From: Octopus sinensis
Lineage: Eukaryota
Direction: 5' to 3'
NCBI RefSeq assembly: GCF_006345805.1
Contig: NC_042998.1
Coordinates: 100,564,001 to 100,628,000, forward strand
DNA length: 64,000 nt
Below the pieces are notes generated by a model. The model made no database searches. It was not told the origin of the DNA and saw nothing but the letters and a program-made list of their open reading frames with translations. Made by a program: the position numbers and the translations under genes. This document shows, piece after piece, positions 53,612 through 64,000 of the stretch. How positions within the stretch are numbered: position 1 is the stretch's first letter; each line of letters opens with the position of its first letter.

Positions 53612-56600
53612 ATCCTTTAAGTTCATTTATGGGAAATGTTTTGAATATGCATTTAAAAGCTCCTACTTTATTATGCCCGATAACAGCTAAATGATATCAA
53701 CTAGCAATGACAGTTTTGAGTTGCACTGAGCTGTGCTGATATAATGTAAGATAAATATTGCAACAATAATAATAATAATCCATGGATGGAATTTATAATA
53801 TTGCCTGAAGAAAGGAACACATGAATATGATCCACCTGATGTCCATGGATACTAGGGATTACACAGTAATCAGCCCAGGAATAAGGACTATGATATTAAG
53901 AAACTTGTGATTTGTGGAAATGCATGTAGTGATGCATTAAAATATTTATAAATTCCATCCATGGATTATTATTATTATTACTATATATATATATATATAT
54001 ATACACGATAGATATAAATATACATAAATACATGTGTGTGTGTGAATTTCCCATGAAAGATCAGAGGTTGTGATGACATAAGGATTTAATTGTGTGTTGT
54101 TTATATATAGAGAATGGAATGTACATAACTGTTTACTTGATGTGTTGTCATAATGATTGCAATACTGTAGGTCTATTGTGTTCAGTTAGTATACAAACTT
54201 ATGCTGATGCAAGATAAGGAGGAGTGATGAATGATAACTTTTGCTTAGGATTGTGTGCTGTTAAGAATAAGTCATTAATGTAGAGAAGAGGGACATAACT
54301 GAACATTGGGGCATTCTAGAGTTGGTGATGGGATGAAACATTGTTGTATTTTAACCATCAGGAAATGCAGGCTCAGTCCATAGATATTGCATCTCTTCTC
54401 TAAGGCTTAAAATGTTTTAATAGCACAGTTCTAGATAGGGAGTTGTGGTGAGATACATGTTCATACCAATGAGATTTTAGTGTTTCACAACAGCAAAGAG
54501 TAAATCTGGCCTACTAGCACATTTGATGTCTTAATGCCTGACAAAGTTGTTTGTATTATACTGAAACACTCAGATCTTTTGTCGGGTGTTAGTATCCAGT
54601 TTTTGCAGTCATGCTGAAAGTTGGAAGTCACTAGGGACTTGTACAGTTTGAGCTTCACAGGAAAACTAACAGGACATTTCCATGACATTCAGCTTCACCA
54701 AGGTAGATGAGGTCAGGCTAAATCTTGTTTGTATCTTCTTTATTTAGTGGCCATCCTTGCTAAATGTGTATTCAAAGTATCTCAAGTTGTCCACTTCCTC
54801 AAGTGGCGATATGTACCTATAAACTAAATCTTTGGGTTTTAAGTACATATTTCTGTTGGATTGATAAGAGTAAATCAGTGTAGCGGAAAGTACAAAAATA
54901 GAATTAGGTATCCTGAGAAAGTGAAACGAACATGTAATATTTAATATCATTAAAACAGATTCCTCTTTTTATCAATTAAAAAAAATCAATTTTAAAGTTA
55001 TTATGCAAGCATTGTAGAAATGGTAACATTTCTTATAAAAAAAAGAAAATTATAAGTATTTGATTGAACAAACAATTCCATAAATTAGCCTTCTATAAAA
55101 TTTCAAATATTTTGAAATAAGTTTTCAAATCGCAATTACTTTTCAAATATTTTTTCAATAAGAAATGTATTTTCTCAATAAGAAATGTTTTTTTAGGTCA
55201 TTCAACAATTAAAAATAAAAATTGAAATCTGTGATAATGACTTTTTGTAAGTGTGTTTAAAGCATTTACTTATTTTTATTTGTTCAGCATGATGTTGATT
55301 GCTATGTTCTGACTAGCTATTGATTAAAATTTTGAATTTTTCAGAACGAGTCCCTATTTCATAAGCTTCTGATGCTCTTTCCAATCTAGTAACATGTTAC
55401 TGCTTCACTGCATACTGTTAGGTCAGTATTGTCCGCAAAACGCACGTTGCAAACGAACTATCTTCTAATGACAACGTGGGTATGGAAATCATGAAGTGTC
55501 TCCAGCAGGATGTTTTCCATGGAGATGTTGAAAAACATAGGAGAGAGGAGATAGCCCTGATGTACTTCATCAGTTACTGCCATGAAGAACTCACTGTTGT
55601 TACTACTCAGGACTATTGTACAACTTAAATTTTCGTATAGTGCTTGAATCATTTGGATGAGGTTGCTTTCGAAGCCGAAATCCCTCATCCCTTGTCCCAA
55701 ACTCTCATGCTTAACATGATCAAAAGCTTATTATTTTTTAAGTCAATAAGTTGATAAATAAAAAGAGAATAGATGAAAGATTGTTGTCAGCTAAAATATG
55801 AGTTACAGACGAATATGCAAGTAAGCAAATTAAGATTTTATTTAACTTTCTACCCACAAACGAGGTGATGAAAGGGGATTAGAGATAGAGCGAGACTTAT
55901 CTAAACTAGGCTACGGCAGGAAAAAAAGAATGAAAATAACGATGTCTTCGAAGAGGATTTAATCACATATGAAGAATTCGAGACACGAGTTAACGATCCA
56001 GATGGATGTTTACACTGTACTGGAACACATTACAATTATGAGCAATAATCTAATAATCACGAAGTGAAATCTGGAAATACTGAACGGAAGAATTTTCTCC
56101 AGTTTAAGATCTTGACCTTTATTCCTTAAGTAATATCAATAGATTCATTTAAAAGATATTAATTTTACAGATTAATATATATGACAGTACTGATTTAAAA
56201 CAAAAATCAGTCCTTATTTAAATGAAAGTGAAATCAGAAAACACATTCGGAAGGGAGCGCATTTTCTCTTAAAATTATTTAACTGATCACAAAACAAATT
56301 TTTACAACGGGAAATGTGGCACCCCACTTAAAATGCTGATTAACGGGATGAAGAAAGCATAATTGTGCGATTTATGATATAACATGAAATGCAGTGTTCA
56401 GCAGGCGAATTGATTAGACGAAACTCATCTGATTGACTGATTTGCCACAAATAAATGTAATCATTAAATAAAACCATGAAATAAACAGCGAAAGATCTCG
56501 ATGAAGTCAATGGACGGATTCAATCAATGTATATGACCTTGCTTCAAAACGAAAGCTTATCGAAAACGTTTCTGTTGCATGTGATGTTAAGTAATTATAT

Positions 56601-57412
56601 AAAATATAAATGTTAATAGGTTATACTGCTAAGAATTAAGATCACTTCCATTTCTTTTTAAACAGATCTAAGTTCATTCACTTTACATGTGTTTTATGAA
56701 ACTCCTAAAATTAAATACATCTGAGTTACAGTCCTAAAATTCTTTCGTCAGCTTCGTATACGATGTGTTTATGTTTCATTTATATGTTAACATGTATCAT
56801 GTTAAGGAGTACAAATAATTGTTATTATACCGAGAGAGAAAGAATTCCATAATATATCGATCAGCTTGTTGCTATGGTTGACTTAAAGTGAAATTAATGG
56901 TTAAAAATTCTAAATGATTATCTAATATGGCAGCATCAGCTGTGTAGAAAAAGAAGCGATAGAAAGATTATGTTCATAATTTCCTAGCATACTTAGTAAT
57001 CAGGTGTAAAAGGTAGACTCTCCAAGAAGATTACTAAAGGAGGAAAGGAAATTCTCAATTAGTGAAAAAATGTACAAATCACAGAATTAATTATATGAAA
57101 TATACAGAAAAATTAATATTTATAAAATAAAAGAATTGATTTGAGAGTATACAGGTTTTTAAAAGGTTATTATCATGTAAAACAGGTTTTAAAATACAAT
57201 ATTATGTAAAATGAAACAGCAATTGAGAGAAAGAAAGAGGCAGGTTGGCATGGAAGACAGCTGGCTTACCCTCGACGCTTAAACACATAAGGTATTACAG
57301 GATTTTTCACAGTTCTTTTGCATATTTCAGTCGATCCATTGTTGTTCTGTGAGTACAGAGATGTAATAGGCGTGACAACTTTCTTAGCAACATTAGAGGC
57401 TGTTTGACCCAT
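33441..57412 (-). CDS. TUSC2: Tumor suppressor candidate 2 (FUS1) orthologue; spliced CDS join(57412-57270,34638-34521,33515-33441), 111 aa
   Basis: Manual splicing gives MGQTASNVAKKVVTPITSLYSQNNNGSTEICKRTVKNPVIPYVFKRRG-SMYFDEDGDLAHEFYEEVFLDRMGKKRMMRKQERNLIAQ-GEIELPFPRLHVDFPIVICEAPDL*. This matches recalled human TUSC2 motifs PFVFTRRGSMFYDEDGDLAHEFYEE and PRIHVDFPVILYE. Both introns are GT-AG and phases are consistent (2, then 0). N-terminal MGxxxS is a myristoylation motif. Confidence 0.95.
34521..34638 (-). CDS. TUSC2: TUSC2 coding exon 2 (118 nt)
   Basis: Acceptor TTTTCATTTACAG; encodes SMYFDEDGDLAHEFYEE...NLIAQ; donor GTAGGT. Confidence 0.95.
35605..35870 (-). mobile_element. SINE family A 3' part
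   Basis: Tail and body motifs in reverse; a deleted plus-strand copy lies at 35175-35355. Confidence 0.65.
35880..36800 (+). mobile_element. Related non-autonomous element ending in the RTE tail
   Basis: Shares CACCTGTTTCTGT(C/T)TTCATTCCTGATCT...GGTAACCTTGTAC with the 24.6-kb copy; RTE tail at 36590-36800. Confidence 0.5.
37060..37470 (+). mobile_element. tRNA-derived SINE family A, full-length
   Basis: Same head, core, internal microsatellite and tail as the 22-kb copy. Confidence 0.85.
37740..40507 (+). pseudogene. EN-RT ORF of RTE copy 1, split by a 1-nt deletion near 39243
   Basis: ORFs 37632-39251 and 39287-40507 are in different frames. GGAGAATACC has one A fewer than GAGAAATACC in copy 2. 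The ORF-track N-terminus is microsatellite read-through. Confidence 0.85.
37740..41112 (+). mobile_element. RTE-clade non-LTR retrotransposon copy 1, 5'-truncated within the AP endonuclease, with 3'UTR and (TGA)n tail
   Basis: EN motifs (ISAYAPQ, GDFNGH, IDYIL); RT motifs (GFVPGKSTTDA, KAFDRV, QGSVLSP, YADD, FRYLG); RTE-type C-terminus (GRPRKTW). Tail ends AAATGATGATGA; (TA)n on both sides. Confidence 0.93.
41147..41682 (-). mobile_element. Internally deleted Tc1/mariner-superfamily element
   Basis: 27-bp TIRs CAGGGTGTCCC..AAAAATGTATACAC (25/27 identical) with TA flanks; transposase C-terminus FQQDGAPPH...SPDLTPLDFFLWGYLK. Confidence 0.9.
41835..42130 (-). mobile_element. Short RTE-tail element
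   Basis: GGATGCCCTTCCTAATGCCAACCACTCTGCAGAG tail motif. Confidence 0.65.
42400..42675 (+). mobile_element. Short RTE-tail element
   Basis: TTAGGAAGGGCATC...AAACGTTAAATGATGAT. Confidence 0.7.
44255..44520 (-). mobile_element. Short RTE-tail element
   Basis: GGCTGGATGCCCTTCCTAATGCCAACCAC tail motif. Confidence 0.65.
45100..45290 (+). mobile_element. Short RTE-tail element
   Basis: TTAGGAAGGGCATCCAG...AAACCATCCAACCCATGCC. Confidence 0.65.
46480..47052 (+). mobile_element. Right-hand fragment of the same Tc1/mariner family as 15570-16444
   Basis: NFWPHNSPDCNHIDY*VW remnant; ends CACCCTG followed by TA. Confidence 0.7.
47463..48722 (+). mobile_element. Near full-length (1260 bp) decayed mariner (DD34D type)
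   Basis: TA-flanked TIRs TCA(A/G)GTCATTAAGAA...; transposase remnants VCRWFKKF, IVMCDEKWI, VSVWW and HPPYSPDIAPTDYH. Confidence 0.88.
49998..50217. mobile_element. 220-bp TTAA-flanked (piggyBac-like) MITE, copy 2
   Basis: TTAA-CCCTTTCGTTAC...GTAACGAAAGGG-TTAA perfect TIR. Confidence 0.88.
50840..52290 (-). mobile_element. CR1-type LINE RT and 3' fragment, decayed
   Basis: GVKGDLFNWLESF, GVPQGS, EYDLGITVSSDL and terminal WNKLPASVVS motifs. Confidence 0.8.
52290..53030 (-). mobile_element. 5'-truncated RTE copy (ORF end, modular 3'UTR, tail)
   Basis: Minus ORF reads MDEDSCVRKCYTLTVEGTCGRGRPKKTWNEVVKHDL; tail CATCATCATC...GTTTAATGTCCGTTTTCCATGCTGGCATGGG on the plus strand. Confidence 0.8.
53765..53979. 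repeat. Foldback element with ~38-bp near-perfect inverted termini
   Basis: AATAATAATAATAATCCATGGATGGAATTTATA(A)ATATT at both ends, inverted, with one indel. Confidence 0.75.
54380..55720 (-). mobile_element. Decayed RT fragment of a different RTE-type LINE, split by a ~480-bp AT-rich insert
   Basis: Minus-strand remnants LIQMIQALYE, QGYLLSPMFFNI, VRFADNTDL, LEEVDNLRYF and KLKLYKSLV. Confidence 0.65.
57270..57412 (-). CDS. TUSC2: TUSC2 coding exon 1 (ATG at 57412; 143 nt)
   Basis: Encodes MGQTAS...PYVFKRR+GG; donor GTAAGC follows at 57269. Confidence 0.92.
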
Positions 57413-57560
57413 AACGAAAAAAACATTCGAGTACGGTCAATTTCATCGCACACCTAAAGACATTTTATGTAGAAATATTACTTCATAATTATCTACCCCT
57501 TGTTGCTGACTGGAGGGCGCTGCAACATCCGACTCATTATTGATGATGTCATCTAACAGG
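57413..57560 (-). promoter_or_regulatory. Putative TUSC2 5'UTR/core promoter with GC-rich CAGCGCCCTCC motif (57512-57522)
   Basis: Lies directly upstream of the ATG, retains CpGs, and has an isolated GC-rich motif. No transcript data. Confidence 0.3.
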
Positions 57561-58516
57561 AAAAAAAAATAGCATTATTTTCTCTTCTATTTCCTCCTGA
57601 AAATAGAAATGTTTCAACTAAAACAAAACCTGGTGTCATTTAATACTGTTAATTTATTCAGGGCTATAAATGTTATAGTTATCTGCTTTTAAGTATCATT
57701 TTGAAGAAAACATTTTTATTGAAATAAGAATTTAGCTTAGGCAGAGCTCTGTCTTTGGAATCAACTTTTTTAATGAGGGTGGGTGGGGGGGAACAAATAA
57801 ACAAACAAAAAATACTCTACCAGTTTGATATTTGAGACAGTGGTAAATATTTGGTTTTAGTAATATCAGAACAGACCAAAGCCAATGAAATGCTGGGACT
57901 ATATTGTAATGTCTGAACTGAAATACCAAAGAATTAATTGAATGTTAAGTGGCTTAGTACCATAAAGTACTGCAAAATAATGCTATTACAGAAAAATATA
58001 TTTACGAAATAATAATTAACACTATTATTATTATCATTGAATAATAGAGCAGCACATGCCATCAAAGTGTTGTTGGAGTACAAATAAATATACAGAGTCC
58101 AGCATATTCACCATGACTACCTCTCTGATAAAGATACACCAGGTGCATGCTTCACAATCATATGTGCATGACATGCTGACCTCATATTAAGATAAACAGT
58201 GCATGACCTCGCAGGTGGACCCAGTTAGAATATTCTTTGGGTCAGGTAGCCTACCCTGCTCAAAAGGTCCCTGAATAAAAGTTGTTTAAGGATGATGAAC
58301 AAAATATCCATGTTTCCTGGGGTGAATTATTGAAGCCCTAAAAAATTCCTCTCAACACATTGTTATGGTGTTCCCCCACTATTCCTGCTCATGATCAGAG
58401 ATGCACATATTGCCAGCCACTAAGGGACATGCTTAACTGGTTTTAAGTCAAGCAGGTAAATTTGTAGTATCGAGCAGAATATTTGTTGTTGTCCATCTTT
58501 TAAACCAAGACAAAAC

Positions 58517-61499
58517 ATAACGTGGTGGTGGAACAATACTGTTGACAGGGCCATTAGACAAAAGAAACAGACTTGGAAGGACTGGAAGAACGGTGGTAGC
58601 AGGGAAGTGTATCAGACTGCAAGAAGGGAAGCTAGGAGGCAGGTTTATTTAGCCAGAGGGAAAGCAGATAGGAAAAAATTTGCCAATGTCCTGCGCCATG
58701 AGGATGAAAGACTTGAGGTATTTCGTATAGCAAGACAGTGTGTGAGAGAGAATCGTGACGTGGTAGGAGAAAAATGTGTTCGCACGGATGATGGCTCACT
58801 TGCGCTAAATGAGGATGCAAAGAGAGAGGTTTGGAGAAGCCACTATGAAAGGTTGCTGAATGAGGAAAATGAATGGGATAAAGAGAGTCTGCTGAATGTT
58901 GACCCAACAGAGGGACCAGCAATCCGAGTTGACAGTTCCTTAGTAGATAAGGCAATTAAAAGCATGAAAACAGGGAAAGCCCCAGGCCCATCAGGAATTA
59001 CTGCAGAGATGCTCAAAATATCTGGTAGTGTCGGCTATAGCCTAGTCACTTGTATAGTTAACCAGGTGATACACGAAGGAGTCATTCCCAATGACTGGTG
59101 TAGCAGCATAATAGTCAGCTGCTACAAAGGTAAAGGTGACGCCCTAGATACAAATAGCTACAGGGGTATCAAGCTGCTGGATCAGGTAATGAAGGTTACG
59201 GAGAGGGTTATAGCCCAACTAATTAGAGAGAGAGTTAGCCTAGATCAGATGCAGTTTGGGTTCGTGCCAGGGAAAGTACTACTGATGCTATTTTCATGGT
59301 AAGACAGCTGCAAGAGAAATACCTAGCCAAAGACAAGCCCCTATACCTGGCTTTTGTTGATATGGGGAAAGCCTTCGACAGGGTCCCCCAATCCCTCATC
59401 TGGTGGTCAATGAGGAAACTAGGGATAGATGAATGGTTAGTGAAAGCTGTACAAGCCATGTACAGAGACGCTGCTAGTAAGGTGAGGGTTGGCACCGAGT
59501 ACAGTGAAGAATTCAGGGTAGAGGTTGGGGTCCACCAAGGTTCAGTCCTCAGTCCCCTCCTATTTATCATAGTCCTCCAGGCAATAACGGAGGAATTCAA
59601 GACAGGATGCCCCTGGGAGCTCCTCTATGCTGATGACCTTGCTCTAATTGCTGAGTCTCTATCAGAACTAGAGGAGAAGTTTCAGGTATGGAAACAAGGT
59701 TTAGAATCGAAGGGCCTTAGAATCAACCTAGCCAAAACCAAAGTCCTAATAAGTAGGAAGGTAGACCAATCACAAACGCCTTCAGGTAGATGGCCCTGCT
59801 CGATCTGTAGAAAAGGTGTAGGTAGAAACTCTATAAGATGCACCAAGAGTAAGCTATGGACACATAAGAGGTGCAGCAATGTCAAAGGAAGGCTAACTAG
59901 GAAGATGGTTTTTGTATGTGGCAGATGCTCAGGAACAATTAACACTGAAAATGCTCTGAGACCAACTTCCGTCACTTTCCAGGGAGAAAAGCTAGAAGTA
60001 GTTGATAGTTTCCGTTACCTAGGTGACCAAGTCAGTAGCGGGGGTGGGTGCACTGAAAGTATAACTGCTAGAGTAAGAATAGCCTGGGCAAAATTTAGAG
60101 AGCTCTTACCCCTGCTGGTGACAAAAGGCCTCTCGCTCAAAGTAAAAGGCAGACTGTATGATGCATGTGTACGTACAGCCATGCTACATGGTAGTGAAAC
60201 TTGGGCTGTGACTGCTGAGGATTTGCGTAAGCTCACAAGAAATGAAGCTAGTATGCTCCGATGGATGTGTAACGCCAGTGTTCATAATCGACAGAGTGTA
60301 AGTACCTTGAGAGAAAAGTTGAACCTAAGAAGCATCAGTTGTTGTGTGCAAGAGAGACGTATGCGCTGGTATGGTCATGTGATGAGAATGGCGGAAGATA
60401 GTTGTGTGCGAAAGTGCCACACCCTGGCAGTTGAGGGGACCTGTGGAAGAGGTAGACCCAGGAAAACCTGGGTCGAGGCGGTGAAGCACGACCTTCGAAC
60501 TTTAGGTCTCACCAAGGAAATGACCAGTGATCGAGATCTTTGGAGGTATGCTGTGCGTGAGAAAACCCGGCAAGACCAGTGAGAACAATCAAAATCAAGA
60601 TCAAACCAAATTGAGGTCGATCAACATCAGGGCCCCCGTGCAGGTGACACGTAAAAGTACCATCCGTTCGTAGCCGTTTGCCAGCCCTGTCTGGCCCTGT
60701 GTCGGTGGCACGTAAAAGCACCATCCGTTCGTGGCCGTTGCCAGCCTGGCCTGGCCCCCGTGCCGGTGACACGTAAAAGCACCATCCGTTTGTGGCTGTT
60801 TGCCAGCTCTGTCTGGCCCCCGTGCCGGTGACACGTAAAAGCACCATCCGTTCATGGCCGTTTGCCAGCTCTGTCTGGCCCCCGTGCCGGTGACACATAA
60901 AAGCACCATCCGTTCGTGGCCGTTTGCCAGCTCTGTCTGGCCCCCGTGCTGGTGACACGTAAAAGCACCATCCGTTCGTGGCCATTTGCCAGCCCTGTCT
61001 GGCCCCCATGTCGGTGACATGTAAAAGCACCATCTGTTCGTGTCCGTTTGCCAGCCCTGTCTGGCCCCCCCCCCATGTCGGTGACATCTAAAAGCACCAT
61101 CCGTTCGTGTCCGTTGCCAGCCTCGCCTGGCCCCCGTGCCGGTGACACGTAAAAGCACCATCCGTTCGTGGCCGTTTGCCAGCCCTGTCTGGCCCCCATG
61201 TCGGTGGCATGTAGAAGCACCATCCGTTCGTGCCCGTGCTGGTGACACGTAAAAGCACCATCCGTTTTGTGGCCGTTTGCCAGCTCTGTCTGGCCCCCGT
61301 GTTGGTGGCACGTAAAAAGCACCCACTACACTCACGGAGTGGTTGGCGTTAGGAAGGGCATCCAGCCGTAGAAACACTGCCAGATCTGACTGGGCCTGAT
61401 GAATCCTTCCAGCTTCACAGACCCCAGTTGAACCGTCCAACCCATGCTAGCATGGAGAACGGACGCTAAATGATGATGATGATGATGATGATGATGATG
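58517..61499 (+). mobile_element. RTE-clade non-LTR retrotransposon copy 2 (5'-truncated, RT complete) with expanded 3'UTR minisatellite and (GAT)n tail
   Basis: Collinear with copy 1 from ATAACGTGGTGG onward. ORFs 58607-59302 and 59296-60582 are split by a 1-nt deletion (GGGAAAGTACT vs GGGAAAAGTACT). The terminal ~170 nt match copy 1. Confidence 0.93.
60630..61320 (+). repeat. Minisatellite of about 11 units of ~62 bp in the RTE 3'UTR
   Basis: Unit GGTGACACGTAAAAGCACCATCCGTTCGTGGCCGTTTGCCAGCTCTGTCTGGCCCCCGTGCC. Unit starts at 60643, 60704, 60765, 60827, 60889, 60951, 61013, 61080, 61141, 61203, 61241 and a partial at 61304. Confidence 0.92.
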
Positions 61500-61501
61500 T
61501 T

Positions 61502-62950
61502 AACACTTCCAAACTTGACAACTGATCATACTTCAAGAACCTTGCCGAAAACTCTTGCAGTTCTAAGCAATGATGATTTTTGAAGGTATTCTATCTTTAC
61601 ACTTGTCCTAATCTTTTTATCCACATTGGTAGCTGGGAAGTGATATTTCTAAGTGCACCAATCACTTTCTTCATTGCCCACAACCTGTGTATTTCCCATA
61701 TCAATTCTTAATAGTTGTTAACTTTCTCTTCATATTTCCCTTCAGTCCTGTTGTCATCAGAATATGCTCTGTCAATTATCAGGCATGTTTTTTTTCTTTT
61801 CCATTCACCACAACAATGGCAGATTTCCAATGTTTAATCTGGTGATCACACTGAATCATTGCACCCCACAGGATTTTGCAATCCTCATTCTCAGTAACTC
61901 CCTCTAGGATTTAGCCATACCATGTCTTTGATCTCTCTTGGTCATAATTTCTACAACACTCTCAATGGAACCACATTGTCATGTTGCCTTTTATATTCAT
62001 GTTGTACCAATCCCCTGATGCAACACAATCCTGACAACTGATCAAACCTCTCTGACATTTTCTTCTGAACAGAGTCACCCTTGGGATGTGCAATGACAAA
62101 AATTTCCATGTCTTCATATTCACACTTATCAGTTCATTCTTTTACTAGTTTATGATTCCAGCTCCATACCTAAGTGATGCTATCATCCATGCATTTACTG
62201 CTTGTAATTTATTCCATCTAGTGAATTTGAAGAGCAACACCAATCATAGTCTTTGGAAATACTCTTTCTTCTGCTGTTTTTTCATTTCCTTCCCCATGAT
62301 TTCAATGAACTCTAGTATGCCAAGGTGCTTATAGCCTTCCTTTTTAAATTATTTAAAATAAATAACCCAACGAGTTATGTGGGCATGTGTTTTATTTTTA
62401 ATCATCAGAAGTTACAAATTGTTTAAAGAATCAAGTTTCGTGCACAGCACTTATTGAAGTTCTATGTGAATGTGTATGTTTGTTTGATTACTGCCCTGTT
62501 TGGTAATTCTATCCATGCCAAGGTTTGTACTTTGCCTCTTTTCAGACTCATTACACCACACTTCTTGAGTCCAAATTCCATGCTAACATCAACACTAAAA
62601 CTGTGGATTGTGTTCAAAGAACTCACTTGCACCTCATCCTTACCATACAGCTGCACATCATCCATGAAGAGAAGACGGTGGATTCTTTGTTTCTCCCTTG
62701 AACTGATATTCAAGGTTTGTTTTCCTCAGCACCAAGGTCAGAGGGAGCATGCAAGGTACAAAAGCATTGAAGATAAGCTATCTCTTTGGAAAATTCCTCT
62801 CTTGAGCCTATATGATGTCACCTTAGTTTCCCAACTCTTCATAATTCTCTTCAGAAAACATGTTACATTTCTTGCAAATCCAAACATATCTAAGCACTCA
62901 ATGATCCGTGAATATGTGTTTGTGTGCATGTGATTGTCTCTAACCATTTG
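61502..62950 (-). mobile_element. R4/Dong-like non-LTR element fragment (RT plus restriction-like endonuclease), decayed
   Basis: KRGIFQRDSLS, RIHRLLFMDDVQLYGK, MEFGLKKCG, HDNV, YEEKVNNY*ELIWEIHRLW and terminal LRTARVFGKVLEV*. Confidence 0.7.
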
Positions 62951-63517
62951 ACAACTAGTATTAGTTTGCTTGCCTATAACTTAGCAGTTTGATAAAAAGA
63001 GATCAGTAGAACAGGTACCACACTTAGAATAAGTACTGAGATCAGTTTGATTGGTGCACATGAAAATTATTTATGTGAGACCATCTGAGGGAAAAAAAAT
63101 TAAGGAATGGTTTAGTTGTATTTTTGCTCCCCATGAACAACACTTCCTCAAGCCATGCTCTCCCAAATTAGATTTTCATTGTTGATTGTGGTGTGTAAAC
63201 TCAATGACAATTAACATATTTTTGCAAGCTATCAAAACATCATTTAATCCCAATATATGCTCTGAAACTTATCTTATACCAAATGTTGAGGTGGGATTAC
63301 ACAGCTGGAGTGAACTTGAAACCATGAGGTTGGGAAGAAAACTTCTTAACCACACAATCAATAACCATGCTTATATATATTTATATATATATATATGTTA
63401 GAAGTATGGAGGGCTGGTTTATGGGATTACCTCGGGTTTCCATAAAGGGATCAGCTTTATGGCATATTGTCAGAGCCCCAAAACCTGTTGGCCTAAGACC
63501 CTTTCAATATATATATA

Positions 63518-63827
63518 GGCGCAGGAGTGGCTGTGTGGTAAGTAGCTTGCTTACCAACCAAATGGTTCCAGGTTCAGTCCCACTGCATGGCACCTTGGGC
63601 AAATGTTTTCTACTATAGCCTTGGGGCCGACCAAAGTCTTGTGAGTGAATTTGGTAGATGGAAACTGAAAGAAGCCCATCATATATATGTATATGTATAT
63701 ATATGCATGCGTGTGTGTGCTTGTGTGTCTGTGTTTGTCCCCTCAAGATCGCTTGCCAACCGATGCTGGTGTGTTTATGTCCCCATAACTTAGCGGTTTG
63801 GCAAAAGAGACCGATAGAATAAGTACT
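63518..63827 (+). mobile_element. SINE family A, truncated at its 3' end by the 69-bp repeat
   Basis: GGCGCAGGAGTGGCTGTGTGGTAAG head through GATAGAATAAGTACT. Confidence 0.85.
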
Positions 63828-64000
63828 CTTCGCAGAATGAGGAACAGTGAACTGTCCGTCACCTGCGCAACACTGCTTCAATGGCCCGTTCACGTTCTTT
63901 GCTGAACGAGGAACAGCAAACTGTTCATCGCCTGTGCAATGCTGCTTCAAAGGCCTGTTCACACTCTTCGCAGAAAGAGGAACAGTGAACTGTCTGTCGC
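63825..64000 (+). mobile_element. 69-bp (23-codon) tandem repeat resembling STPR-type repeats of Helitron-like ORFs
   Basis: About 2.5 units with consensus SSQNEEQ(R)TV(R)RL(R)NAASMARSR; runs off the window end. Confidence 0.5.

Noticed and set aside
60630-61320. CRISPR-like repeat array
   Set aside because: The whole ~62-bp unit repeats with no unique spacers, it lies in a LINE 3'UTR in animal DNA, and no cas genes are present.
60509-61440. Minus-strand repetitive ORFs of 156-279 aa
   Set aside because: They are antisense translations of the minisatellite; most units are 61-62 bp, not a multiple of 3.

Overview
AT-rich, microsatellite- and retroposon-dense animal genomic DNA. The SINE and LINE families look like those of Octopus; this is inferred from recalled family sequences, not searched. 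The one host gene I can identify is a three-exon TUSC2/FUS1 orthologue on the minus strand (CDS 57412-57270, 34638-34521, 33515-33441; 111 aa). The ORF track misses it, and its first intron is 22.6 kb. Most of the rest is mobile DNA. There are two long RTE-clade LINE copies (37.7-41.1 kb and 58.5-61.5 kb) whose RT contains a C4HC3 PHD-type finger, and about 18 short copies of the same 3' tail. Fragments of CR1-, R4/Dong- and Penelope-like retroelements are present, with at least three tRNA-derived SINE families. DNA elements include Tc1/mariner, Tigger, hAT, TTAA-type, Academ-like and Helitron-like remnants. The most unusual item is at 26.78-27.15 kb: a tRNA-headed short retroposon carrying a minimal type I hammerhead ribozyme motif, present as a head-to-head inverted pair. 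Nearly all listed ORFs outside transposons are microsatellite or antisense artefacts. A few unassigned candidate exons suggest a second host gene in the left half. Repeat boundaries were read by eye and are approximate unless TIRs or TSDs are quoted.
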